A stretch of 64,000 nt of DNA from an uncultured Bacilli bacterium. GTDB lineage: Bacteria; Bacillota_I; Bacilli_A; RF39; UBA660. Within the stretch, counting starts at the first letter, position 1; every line of letters begins with the position of its first letter. Below, piece by piece: positions 32,577 to 42,680 of this stretch. The stretch is taken from assembly GCA_949451605.1 (NCBI GenBank), contig CASTSB010000006.1, positions 15,592-79,591 on the forward strand, given 5' to 3'. Made by a program: the position numbers and the translations under genes. The notes under the pieces are model-generated. The model saw only the letters and a program-made list of their open reading frames with translations. It made no database searches and was not told where the DNA came from.

Positions 32577-33396
32577 CATGAGTATAATTGAAACTATTAT
32601 TTTAGGTATTGTACAAGGTATAGCTGAGTTTTTACCAATATCTTCATCAGGACATTTAATTATATTTAGAGATATTTTTGGAATTGGTGCTGGTATTTCT
32701 CATGATATGGAACTTGCTTTTGATATAGCACTTCATTTTGGAACATTACTTGCAATTGGCATATATTTCTTTAAAGATTTTATTTCTATGATTACTAAGG
32801 GTTTAACAAAAGGTGTTAAGGATAGTGAAGGAAAAATTCTTTGGTATTTAATTATAGCTACTATTCCTGCTGCTATTTTTGGACTTCTTTTTGAAGATGT
32901 TATTGAGAATGCAATTAGGGGGAATTATATAATTATTGCAGCTGCTTTAGCTTTTATGGGAATTGTAATTTATCTATGTGATAAATATTCTAAAAATGAA
33001 AAAACTGTAAAAGAGATGAGTTTAAAAGATGCTTTTTTAATTGGATGTAGCCAAGTATTTGCTTTAATTCCTGGGTTTTCTAGAAGTGGAACAACTATAG
33101 CTTGTGCAAGACAACTTGGAATTGAACGTGGAGAGGCTGCAAAGTTTTCCTTCTTTTTAAGTGCTCCAGTTGTGTGTGGAGCTGTCTTATTAAAAGTAAT
33201 TAAAAAGAGTACATGGACAATAATTATGGCAAATATATCTACTTTTATTATTGGAATTCTTGTTTCATTTATTATTGGTCTTTTATGTATAAAATATTTA
33301 TTGAAATATTTGGATAATCATAATTTTAAAGTATTTATGATTTATAGAGTATTAATGGCAATAGTAGTATTATTATTTGTTATGTTTGGAGTGTAA
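32569..33396 (+). CDS. uppP: Undecaprenyl-diphosphate phosphatase
   Basis: GIVQGIAEFLPISSSGHL, LIPGFSRSGTT. Confidence 0.97.
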   Translation: MNSMSIIETIILGIVQGIAEFLPISSSGHLIIFRDIFGIGAGISHDMELAFDIALHFGTLLAIGIYFFKDFISMITKGLTKGVKDSEGKILWYLIIATIPAAIFGLLFEDVIENAIRGNYIIIAAALAFMGIVIYLCDKYSKNEKTVKEMSLKDAFLIGCSQVFALIPGFSRSGTTIACARQLGIERGEAAKFSFFLSAPVVCGAVLLKVIKKSTWTIIMANISTFIIGILVSFIIGLLCIKYLLKYLDNHNFKVFMIYRVLMAIVVLLFVMFGV

Positions 33397-33398
33397 TT

Positions 33399-34151
33399 AT
33401 GGAACAAGCAAAATTAGGACTTATAGTAACTTTGGCACTTGGTATGTTTATACTTATTGGTGCCTTAATTGCTTTTATAATTAATAAAAAAGATAAGGTA
33501 GTAGATTTTTCGTTAGGTCTTGCTTTTGGTGTTATAGCGATGCTTATTGTTACAGATTTATTACCTGAAATATTTGAACATATAGAACTTAAGAATAGTT
33601 ACTTATTTATAATTTTTACAATAGCAGGATATTTTATTTTAAAAATTCTTGATAAATTTATTCCTGATCATGAAGATGAACATATGAATAAAAAAGAATT
33701 AAATAACAATTTAATTCATATCGGTGTTATTACTTCACTTACTTTAGCGTTACACAATATTATTGAGGGAATGGCTGTTTATTCTACAATAATTACTAGT
33801 ACTAATTTAGGAGTTGCAGTAACTCTTGGAGTTGGGTTTCATAATATTCCTCTTGGTATGGTAATTGCTGGAGCTTTTTATCAAAGTAATGAAAATATTT
33901 ATAAAACTATTTTAAATATTATTTTAGTTTCTCTTTCAACTTTTGTTGGAGGATTAATAATGTTTTTCTTAAATGTTTCAACGATATCTTTTGTAGTTCT
34001 TGGAATATTACTTTCTCTTACTTTAGGAATGCTTTTATTTATTTTATTTGATGAATTGTTTCCAAGAATAAGAGAATCACATCATAAAAGAGTTACTTAT
34101 ACTGGTATGATTATAGGAATAATTATTCTTTTAATTGCATTATTTGTATAG
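33399..34151 (+). CDS. ZIP family metal transporter
   Basis: LHNIIEG, FHNIPLG, DELFP; multiple TM segments. Confidence 0.9.
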   Translation: MEQAKLGLIVTLALGMFILIGALIAFIINKKDKVVDFSLGLAFGVIAMLIVTDLLPEIFEHIELKNSYLFIIFTIAGYFILKILDKFIPDHEDEHMNKKELNNNLIHIGVITSLTLALHNIIEGMAVYSTIITSTNLGVAVTLGVGFHNIPLGMVIAGAFYQSNENIYKTILNIILVSLSTFVGGLIMFFLNVSTISFVVLGILLSLTLGMLLFILFDELFPRIRESHHKRVTYTGMIIGIIILLIALFV

Positions 34152-34175
34152 AGAGAATAATAGAGGTGAAGTAGT

Positions 34176-34904
34176 ATGAATAGTTTTTTATTTCTTTTTC
34201 TACTTTTTATTATTTATTCAATAGTAGGATATTTTGTAGAAATACTTGCTTGTAGTATATATAGTAAAAAGTTTATTTTTAGTCGAGGTTTTTTAATAGG
34301 ACCTTACTTACCAATTTATGGAACAGGAGTAGTACTTATTACTATTTTCTTGAGTAAATATCGAGATGATTTATTGGCTCTTTTTATAATGAGTTGTGTA
34401 TTTTGTACTATATTAGAATATATTACAAGTTATGTTATGGAAAAATTATTTAATCTACGTTGGTGGGACTATAGTGAGAAAAAGTTTCATATTAATGGAA
34501 GAGTTTGTTTATCTAATTCTATATTATTTGGTATTGGTGGTTTACTTATTGTAGAATTTTTTAATCCTTTGATAGTAAAATTTATAAATTATTTATCGCC
34601 ATTTTGGTTTTATTTTATAAGTATTATTTTATTGTTTTTATTTATAGTGGACTTTTTAATGACAGTTGAGATAATGATTAAAGTTAAGGTTAATTTGTCA
34701 ATGATTGAAGAGAAGGATGCTACTGAACAAATTAAAAAGGAAGTTAGAAAATCCTTAGCTAACTTTAATTTACTTACTGTTAGATTATTAAAATCATTTC
34801 CTAATATGGAAAAAATTAATGGTAGTGAATTCTCTAAATTAAAAAATACTATTAATAATATTAGAAAAGAAAAAGTTAATAAAAAGAAAAATAAGGAAGC
34901 TTAG
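34176..34904 (+). CDS. Putative ABC transporter permease (CmpB-like)
   Basis: RGFLIGPYLPIYG, LEY..S..MEK.F..RWWDYS, NGRVCL. Confidence 0.85.
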   Translation: MNSFLFLFLLFIIYSIVGYFVEILACSIYSKKFIFSRGFLIGPYLPIYGTGVVLITIFLSKYRDDLLALFIMSCVFCTILEYITSYVMEKLFNLRWWDYSEKKFHINGRVCLSNSILFGIGGLLIVEFFNPLIVKFINYLSPFWFYFISIILLFLFIVDFLMTVEIMIKVKVNLSMIEEKDATEQIKKEVRKSLANFNLLTVRLLKSFPNMEKINGSEFSKLKNTINNIRKEKVNKKKNKEA

Positions 34905-35001
34905 TAAGAGTTTTCTTTTTTTATATAAACTTAGTTTATTGAAAAGTAATTAGTTTTACTTTTCTTTTTTTGTCTTAAAGCTTTTAGTTTTTTCAATTAT
35001 T

Positions 35002-35076
35002 TTGCCTTTTGAAGATATATCAAAAGCTCTAGGACTTGACCTAGAAGAGTTAAAAAAGATTCAAGATAATCTATAA
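35002..35076 (+). pseudogene. Short helix-turn-helix-like remnant (Rpn/YhgA C-terminal tail or XRE fragment)
   Basis: LPFEDISKALGLDLEELKKIQDNL* with no RBS or upstream body. Confidence 0.35.
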
Positions 35077-35153
35077 AAATATTTAATAAAAGAGACAAAA
35101 TAAAAGCTATTTGTCTTTTTTTTTATGATATACTTTTTATAGTAGGTGATTAT

Positions 35154-35846
35154 ATGAATATTGATTTAAGAAGTAAAAAGATAATAGTTATATTATTATT
35201 GCTAGCTTTATTTTGCTTATCTATTGGATTTGCGATGTTTTCATCAACTTTAAATATAAAAAGTGAAGCAACTATTAGTCCAGATGCTAGTAATTTTAAT
35301 GTTATTTTGTCTAGTTCTTCATCTGCAATTGAAAAAGAAGAGATTGTTCCTACCTCAGCAACTGAAGCGGTGGCGGCTAATTCAACAAATGCTATAATTA
35401 GTGAAGATGGAAAGTCTTTATCAAATATAAGTGTTGCGTTTACAGAGCCTGGACAGTCTGTCACTTATAAAATTTATGTGATAAATGATGGTAATTTGAA
35501 AGCTTGGTTAAAAAATTACGGTTTTTATAAAAAAACTAAAGAATTAAGAGTATGTACTCCAGGAGAAGGAGCAAATGAAGAGTTAACTAGTATTGCTTGT
35601 GAAGGTATCAAATACGTTGTGAATCCCCATCTTTCTAGACAAGTTCTTGGACAAGGAACTACTTTTCCATTGTCTGGATCTGGTGAAAATGTTATGGGTG
35701 TTGGTGGAGGCTCATATATAGATGATAATTCATATTATGAAATTTATATAACTGTTAAGTATGAAGAAAATGCTGCTAGAGTTGATGGACCATTTACCGT
35801 TCAATTTTCAGACTTGTTATTTATATTTAGATCTTCTGCAAATTAG
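35154..35846 (+). CDS. Exported ~230-aa TasA/CalY-like protein (family B, copy 2)
   Basis: SIGFA-MFSSTLNIKS, FTEPGQSVTYKIYVINDG, CTPGEGANEELTSIAC, DGPFTVQF. Confidence 0.72.
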   Translation: MNIDLRSKKIIVILLLLALFCLSIGFAMFSSTLNIKSEATISPDASNFNVILSSSSSAIEKEEIVPTSATEAVAANSTNAIISEDGKSLSNISVAFTEPGQSVTYKIYVINDGNLKAWLKNYGFYKKTKELRVCTPGEGANEELTSIACEGIKYVVNPHLSRQVLGQGTTFPLSGSGENVMGVGGGSYIDDNSYYEIYITVKYEENAARVDGPFTVQFSDLLFIFRSSAN

Positions 35847-35944
35847 GACAGTGCCTTGAGGTATTGTTTTCTTTTGTCTAAAAATATAAAAATACGTGCT
35901 AAAGATTAGTATTTGTGATACTATTAAGTTAGGAAGGTGGGGTA

Positions 35945-36577
35945 ATGATGAGTTATCAGGTTTTATCTCCAAAAGGAAAGATTATAAGGACTGAACATAA
36001 TTTTAAAATTGATGATAATAATAATTTGATTCAGGGTTTAATGACATGTTTAGATAAGCTTACTAAAATGAAAAATTCTGAAGAAATAGAAGATTATCTT
36101 TTATATGGAAGTAATGAATTAGACATTAAAGAAGAGATAGCTAGATTACTTTTAATTGCTACTACTATTCCTAAAAATGAATCTCCAACAATGGATATAA
36201 GTAATAAATTAATAGAGAATCATATAATTGATGTTAACTCTTTGTTCATTAAAGAATTTTTAGAGTTGGAAGCTAGAAATAAAACTAATTCCTTTATGAA
36301 AAGTGATTTCTACTATCAAATATCTAAAATGGTTGAAGAGATGGAAGAGAAAAGTTTAATTGAGAGTAATTTTTATCTTAATAATAGTATTATACTTATA
36401 AAAAGTATTAGAAATCTTTATATTTCATCCCTTGATGAGAATGTAGAGAGTGGCTTTTTAGATGCTAGATATAGGGAACCACTTATTGAACTTTTCCAAC
36501 ACAACTTAGATAATACACAAAAGAAAATGAAGAATGGAGTGTTAAACAATGTACAATTACAAACAAGATATCAATAA
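35945..36577 (+). CDS. Hypothetical protein
   Basis: 210-aa ORF with RBS, overlapping the pgm start; no recognised motif. Confidence 0.65.
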   Translation: MMSYQVLSPKGKIIRTEHNFKIDDNNNLIQGLMTCLDKLTKMKNSEEIEDYLLYGSNELDIKEEIARLLLIATTIPKNESPTMDISNKLIENHIIDVNSLFIKEFLELEARNKTNSFMKSDFYYQISKMVEEMEEKSLIESNFYLNNSIILIKSIRNLYISSLDENVESGFLDARYREPLIELFQHNLDNTQKKMKNGVLNNVQLQTRYQ

Positions 36578-37925
36578 GAATATTTTTAGGGGTTATGATA
36601 TTAGAGGAGTTTATCCTACTGAAATTGATCGTGATACTGCTTATACTATAGGTCGTGGATTTGGTAGTTATATTAAAACTATAGGTAAAACGACTTGTGT
36701 TATTGGCCATGATAATAGACTAAGTAGTGATGAACTTTATAAAGCATTACAAACAGGTATATTAGAGTCTGGTATAGATATAATATCACTTGGGCTTTGT
36801 ACTACACCTATGTATTATTATGCTTGTATAAAGCTTGGAATATATAGTGGAGTAATGGTAACAGCAAGTCATAATCCAAAGGATGATAATGGATTTAAAT
36901 TTGCATTCGATGAATCAGGAAACTGTAAAGGACAAGAAATTCAAGACTTTTTACAATATATTTTAGATGGAAACTTTACAAGTGGTAGTGGTAATATCAA
37001 AGAATATAATATTGAGCCTGATTATATGGAGTTATTTAGAACTAACTTTAATTTTGGTTCAAGACGAGTAAAAGTTGTTATCGATCCAGGAAATGGAACT
37101 ACTAGTATAGTTGCTGAAAAGCTATATGAGATGTTTCCAATTGATTTAGTAACAATAAATTCAGAAAGTGATGGGACTTTCCCTAATCATCATCCAGATC
37201 CTTGTGTAGAAGCTAATCTTGATCAATTAAAAACAAAAGTTATTGAGGTAGGTGCTGATATTGGTCTTGCCTTTGATGGTGATGGAGATCGTATGGGACT
37301 TGTAACTGGTAATGGAACATTTATTCCAACTGATAAATATATGATAATTATTGTAAGGGATATTATAAATAAAGTGGCAAATAAGAAGTTTTTATATGAT
37401 GTTAAATGTTCTAAATCTTTAAGTGATGAAATAGAAGCTTTAGGTGGAGAAGGAATTTGTTATAGAACTGGAAACTCTTATACAAAGGCAAAGGTTCGAG
37501 ATGATGATTTACCTTTTGGAGGAGAGTTATCAGGGCATGTTTACTTTAGAGATAGATGGCCAGGTTTTGATTCAGGACTTTATGCAGGTCTTAGAATGTT
37601 AGAGGTATTATCTAATAGTGATAAAACGGTAGAAGAATTGTTAGATGGAATAAATGAATACTATTCAACTGAGGAATTAAAATTTAAGAGCCCTGATGAT
37701 GTAAAATTTGGAATAGTAGATAAAATAGGTGAGTATGCAAATAGTATGAACTATAAATATTTAACAATAGATGGAATTAAGGTTTTATTTGATGATGGTT
37801 GGGCATTAGTCCGCGCAAGTAATACTGGACCAAATATAACTGCAAGATTTGAGGCATCTACTAAAGAAAGATTAGAAGAATTACAAAATGAATTTATAAG
37901 TAAAATTGAAGAATATAATAAATAA
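36549..37925 (+). CDS. Phosphomannomutase/phosphoglucomutase
   Basis: IFRGYDIRG, TASHNP, FDGDGDR, GELSGH, VRASNT. Confidence 0.96.
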   Translation: MYNYKQDINKNIFRGYDIRGVYPTEIDRDTAYTIGRGFGSYIKTIGKTTCVIGHDNRLSSDELYKALQTGILESGIDIISLGLCTTPMYYYACIKLGIYSGVMVTASHNPKDDNGFKFAFDESGNCKGQEIQDFLQYILDGNFTSGSGNIKEYNIEPDYMELFRTNFNFGSRRVKVVIDPGNGTTSIVAEKLYEMFPIDLVTINSESDGTFPNHHPDPCVEANLDQLKTKVIEVGADIGLAFDGDGDRMGLVTGNGTFIPTDKYMIIIVRDIINKVANKKFLYDVKCSKSLSDEIEALGGEGICYRTGNSYTKAKVRDDDLPFGGELSGHVYFRDRWPGFDSGLYAGLRMLEVLSNSDKTVEELLDGINEYYSTEELKFKSPDDVKFGIVDKIGEYANSMNYKYLTIDGIKVLFDDGWALVRASNTGPNITARFEASTKERLEELQNEFISKIEEYNK

Positions 37926-38060
37926 AGTAAAATATAGTAAAGGAATAAAGGTTTTATACTTTTATTTCTTTTTCGTATGTTATAATTTTTATTGATAAGA
38001 TATAGAGTAGAAGAGATTTACTTTATGTATTTTTTTGCTTTTAAATCAGGAGGTAGTTGT

Positions 38061-40091
38061 ATGGCAATTAGTGAAATAGAATTTCAAAAAGAAAAGAAAA
38101 TACTTAATAAAGTACAGAAATTACTTGATAATACATTAGAAAATTTAGGAGAAGAAGTATCTAGTGATTATGAGAATTTGCAAGAATTTAAAAAAATGAT
38201 GTGGGAAAATGCTTCTAGTTTTGATGATGGAGAAGCTCAACAAGTTATGACTGCGACTAGCCAAGAAGCAGAAAAGGTCTTAATGAGAAGACAATATTTT
38301 AATAGATTAATGCAAGTTAAAGACAAGCCTTATTTTGCTTCTATTGTATTTAAAGATGATGAGGGAAGTATCTTTAATATTTATATTTCACTTACTTATT
38401 TAAAAGATGATGATTTAAATAATATTTTATATGATTGGCGTAGCCCTATATGCAGTCTTTTTTATGATTATGAGACAGGACCTTGTTCTTATAGGGCACC
38501 TGGTGGAATATATCATGGGGAATTAAAGAGAAAAAGGCAATATAAAATAGAAAAAAGAAAATTGCTTGGAGTATTTGATAATTCTCTAAATATAAATGAT
38601 GAAGTTTTACAGGAAGTATTAGCGACTGAATCTAGTGATAAAATGAAAAATGTTGTTAATACCATTCAACAAGAACAAAATCAAGTTATTAGAAACTTAG
38701 AGGACAATAATTTAATTGTACAGGGTATTGCAGGAAGTGGTAAGACAACGGTTGCATTACATAGAATAGCTTTTTTACTTTATCGTCTTCCTAATCTTAA
38801 TAGTAATAATATTTTAATATTTTCTCCTAATGAAATTTTTACTGAGTATATATCTGATGTACTTCCATCTTTAGGAGAAGCCAATACATTACAAACTACT
38901 TTTAATGATTATATGGCATCTATGATTAATGAATATAAAGAAGTAGAGTCTTTTACGGATTTTATTTCACGTTATTATTCTTATCTTGAGTCAAATACAG
39001 AGCTTGTACTTTATAAGCAAAGTGATCAAATTATTGATGATTTGGACAATTATTTATCTGACTATATCAGTAATTGCCTATTTACTTCATCTTTTGTTGA
39101 AGGTGAAATAAATAAAGTTAAATGTGAAGATATTAATGAGATGCTTCATAATAAATATGATAGATTTCCATTATTTGAAAGAGTAGAGGAAATAGCTAAG
39201 AAATTATCTTCTAATTTTTATAAGGGTAGTGGTAAGAAAAATAAAACTTTTTATAAATTACTTCGTGAGCATGCAAACTTTGTAAAAGATTATAAAATGA
39301 TCTATACTGAGTTTTGGAAGAGTGAATATACTAAAATTAAACTTAGTGATGAAGAGATTAAAACCTTTATAAATAAAGAAATAATTAACTATGAGGATGC
39401 TTTAATATTTACTTATATTAAAGGTACTTTAGAAGGGTTTAAATATGAAAATAGTATTAGGCAAGTTATAATTGACGAAGCTCAGGATTATAATAGATTA
39501 CAATATATTATAATTAATAAGATATTTAGAAAAGCAGATTTTACTATTCTTGGGGATATTAATCAAAATATAAATCCATATTATTCTTATAAAAGCTTAG
39601 AGAGTTTAGCTTCACTATTTAGGGGAGATACAAAGTATATTGAACTTTTAAAAACCTATCGTTCTTCTCCTGAAATAATTGATTATACTAATAAGATATT
39701 AGGATTAAATCATGTTAATGCTATACGACGTGATAATCATAAGCCTGTTATTGTAAGACGAGGAAATAGCAAATTAAAAGAATCTTTAATTAGTGATATT
39801 AATTATTTACAACAAGAGTATAAAAGTACAGCAATTATTACTAAAGATTGCAAGGAAGCAGAAAAAATTTACGATTTAGTAAAAGATGAAGTAAATGTAT
39901 CTTTAGTAGATGCTAATTCTGTTAAATTTAGTAAAGATTTAATAGTAATCCCTGCATATACGGCTAAAGGATTAGAGTTTGATAGTGTTATCATTTATAA
40001 TGATCGTGAAAATTCCTATCGTAAAAATGAGAGAAATCTTTTATATGTTGCATGCACAAGATGTCAGCATGAATTAATTATTTATAATTAA
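38061..40091 (+). CDS. helD: HelD-like SF1 helicase (RNA polymerase recycling factor)
   Basis: PYFA, DWRSPI, IQQEQNQVIR, QGIAGSGKTTVALHRIAFLLY, IDEAQD, KGLEFD; start after GGAGG. Confidence 0.85.
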   Translation: MAISEIEFQKEKKILNKVQKLLDNTLENLGEEVSSDYENLQEFKKMMWENASSFDDGEAQQVMTATSQEAEKVLMRRQYFNRLMQVKDKPYFASIVFKDDEGSIFNIYISLTYLKDDDLNNILYDWRSPICSLFYDYETGPCSYRAPGGIYHGELKRKRQYKIEKRKLLGVFDNSLNINDEVLQEVLATESSDKMKNVVNTIQQEQNQVIRNLEDNNLIVQGIAGSGKTTVALHRIAFLLYRLPNLNSNNILIFSPNEIFTEYISDVLPSLGEANTLQTTFNDYMASMINEYKEVESFTDFISRYYSYLESNTELVLYKQSDQIIDDLDNYLSDYISNCLFTSSFVEGEINKVKCEDINEMLHNKYDRFPLFERVEEIAKKLSSNFYKGSGKKNKTFYKLLREHANFVKDYKMIYTEFWKSEYTKIKLSDEEIKTFINKEIINYEDALIFTYIKGTLEGFKYENSIRQVIIDEAQDYNRLQYIIINKIFRKADFTILGDINQNINPYYSYKSLESLASLFRGDTKYIELLKTYRSSPEIIDYTNKILGLNHVNAIRRDNHKPVIVRRGNSKLKESLISDINYLQQEYKSTAIITKDCKEAEKIYDLVKDEVNVSLVDANSVKFSKDLIVIPAYTAKGLEFDSVIIYNDRENSYRKNERNLLYVACTRCQHELIIYN

Positions 40092-40150
40092 TAGGACTTG
40101 AGAAAATCCTCTTTTTTTGTTAAAATTTATATAGAATAGGAAGACGCTTT

Positions 40151-42601
40151 ATGTATATAAATATTAGGAAGTTTATAACTAGTAAAAATTTATCTATTTT
40201 AATTGTGGTTATAGTTATAAGTTTATCATTATCTTATGCCGCTTTTAATAGTGTTTTAAATATTACTGGAACTGCTTTAAATGTTAGAATTAAGCAAGAT
40301 ATAAGAATTACTGGTATTAGAGTAGGGAGTGTTTTAAATAGTGGAATATCTAATTATGAGGATTTTAATAAAAACTCTGTTGATGTCGGTATAAGTCTTC
40401 CAAACAATAATTCAATAGTTAAATATGAAGTGGATATAACAAATCTCGGTAATGCTGAGATGGGAATTTATGAAGTGAAGGGCTTACCAAGTAATTTATA
40501 TTATTCTTTTGAAGAATATGAAGAAAAATCAAAAATTTGTGTAAATGACAAGTGCAGTTTAGGTATTACTAAAAAAGTTGTTTTATTAATCGGTTATTTA
40601 GATAATGGGTATGATTCTTTATCAACTAATTATAATTTAAAATTAGATTTTGATTTTCAAGGATTTAGAACTGTAAAATATAATATTTCAAATGGAAGTA
40701 CAAAAACTGATAGTGTTATGAATAAGAATCGTTATTCCTTAGATTTTAGTAAGGAGGGTGCAATTCCTAATAGTGTGTCTCTTACTATGGGAGGAGCTAG
40801 TTATAATGATCATATTTATTCTAATAGTAATGGATTATTGATTATAGCAAGTGTAACGGGAGATGTTGTTATAAATGCATCATATAAAGCTGATGTTTTA
40901 AGGGTGGCTTCTAGCGGTGGTTCAACATCTATGTTTTATAATACAACTATTGAGAAAAGATCAATTGAGTCATTGACTTTTAAAGATTCTAAAGAGGTTC
41001 CAACAGGTGTAGAGAGTTTTGATGTTTCAGCAGATGGAACAGGTAATATACTTTTGTATGCTTTAGATGAGGATGAAAATGGTCGTTATGAAGTGTATAT
41101 AGGTCAAGATGGTGGAGTAAAAGCGAATCGTGATTCTAAATATATGTTTAATTATTTGATATATCTTACTAATATTGATTTAACACATCTTGATACTTCA
41201 AATTCTGTATCTTTCCGTTATATGTTTGATGGCTGTAAAAATTTACTAAGCGTTGATCTTAGTGGTTTAAATACTAGTAATGTAAATCATATGGGTAGTA
41301 TGTTTAATGTTTGTAATAACATAACTTCTATTAATTTTGGAAATATTGATACTAGTAAGGTTACTTCTATGCAAAATATGTTTACTAGTTGTCTAGCTAT
41401 TAACAATATTGATGTAAGTAATTTTGATACTTCTAATGTAACAGATATGAATGAAATGTTTTATAATTGTACTAATTTAAAAGAGTTAGATCTTTCTAAT
41501 TTTAATAATGCTAAAGTTACTAATATGAGATATATGTTTTGTGAATGTCAAAACCTTGGAAATATCAATTTAAATGGTTTTATTGCTTCTAAGGTGACTA
41601 CTATGTGGCGAATGTTTTTTAATTGTAAGAGTTTAGTTAATCTTGATTTGAGTTCATTTAATGCTTATTCTGTTACATCAACTAATGATATGTTCTATAA
41701 TTGTTCTAAGTTGCAAATATTAAATTTGAATAATTTTAATTCAGTAAGTGTTACAAGTATGACTTCTATGTTTGATAATTGTAGTAGTTTAATTGAATTA
41801 AAATTAGATGGTTTTAAAACTGATAATTGTTCCAGTTTTAGATATATGTTTAATAAATGCAAGTCATTAGAAAATATTAATCTAAGTGGCTTTAATACTT
41901 CTGCTGCTAATGATTTCTATACTATGTTTGGTGAATGTTCAAAACTAGTTAATTTAGACCTTTCTAACTTTGTAACTTTGAGGGTTACTAATATGTCTGG
42001 AATGTTTTATATGTGTACTTCTATGAAGTCTTTAAATATATCTAATTTTGATACAAGTAAAGTAACTAATATGAGTTCAATGTTTAATAATAATGGATTA
42101 GAAAATATTAATCTTTCTCATTTTAATACCAGTAAGGTAACTGATATGTCTTCAATGTTCAATGCTAGTAGAGCTTTAACGATAAATGTTAGTAGTTTTG
42201 ATACTTCAAGCGTTACAAATATGAATTATATGTTTAGTTATTGTAGTAATTTAACTAGTATTGATGTTACAAAATTTAATACTATTAATGTTACAAGTAT
42301 GAAAAGTATGTTTGAAAAATGTGATACTTTGGTAGAAATAGATGTTAGTAGATTTAATACTATTAATGTTACAACTATGGAAAATATGTTTTCTTACTGT
42401 TACAGTCTTAAGAAAATATGGCTTGATAGTGCAAGTTTTGTGTTTACTAATGTAACTACAATTAGGAATATGTTTACTAATTGTACAAGCTCAGTAACTG
42501 TTTGGTTATATGATTTAGTTCAGTTACAGGGTCTTGCTAATGTCCCAGATTTTTCGCAATGTAAAGATTCATATGTTGAGTTTGACATTGGTGGAAGATG
42601 A
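40151..42601 (+). CDS. Exported BspA-type LRR protein with TasA-like N-terminal domain (family A, copy 4)
   Basis: LSYA-AFNSVLNITG junction; LPNNNSIVKYEVDITNLGN; IGQDGGVKAN; 26-aa LRRs; TGA stop. Confidence 0.87.
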   Translation: MYINIRKFITSKNLSILIVVIVISLSLSYAAFNSVLNITGTALNVRIKQDIRITGIRVGSVLNSGISNYEDFNKNSVDVGISLPNNNSIVKYEVDITNLGNAEMGIYEVKGLPSNLYYSFEEYEEKSKICVNDKCSLGITKKVVLLIGYLDNGYDSLSTNYNLKLDFDFQGFRTVKYNISNGSTKTDSVMNKNRYSLDFSKEGAIPNSVSLTMGGASYNDHIYSNSNGLLIIASVTGDVVINASYKADVLRVASSGGSTSMFYNTTIEKRSIESLTFKDSKEVPTGVESFDVSADGTGNILLYALDEDENGRYEVYIGQDGGVKANRDSKYMFNYLIYLTNIDLTHLDTSNSVSFRYMFDGCKNLLSVDLSGLNTSNVNHMGSMFNVCNNITSINFGNIDTSKVTSMQNMFTSCLAINNIDVSNFDTSNVTDMNEMFYNCTNLKELDLSNFNNAKVTNMRYMFCECQNLGNINLNGFIASKVTTMWRMFFNCKSLVNLDLSSFNAYSVTSTNDMFYNCSKLQILNLNNFNSVSVTSMTSMFDNCSSLIELKLDGFKTDNCSSFRYMFNKCKSLENINLSGFNTSAANDFYTMFGECSKLVNLDLSNFVTLRVTNMSGMFYMCTSMKSLNISNFDTSKVTNMSSMFNNNGLENINLSHFNTSKVTDMSSMFNASRALTINVSSFDTSSVTNMNYMFSYCSNLTSIDVTKFNTINVTSMKSMFEKCDTLVEIDVSRFNTINVTTMENMFSYCYSLKKIWLDSASFVFTNVTTIRNMFTNCTSSVTVWLYDLVQLQGLANVPDFSQCKDSYVEFDIGGR

Positions 42602-42628
42602 TTTGCATGAAATAGTGCAAATCTTTTT
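42600..42628 (+). terminator. Intrinsic terminator
   Basis: gatttgca-tgaaatag-tgcaaatc plus T run. Confidence 0.8.
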
Positions 42629-42680
42629 CTATTTGACTTTGATTTTTTGAAATTATATACTAAATCTAAGGTGGTATAAT

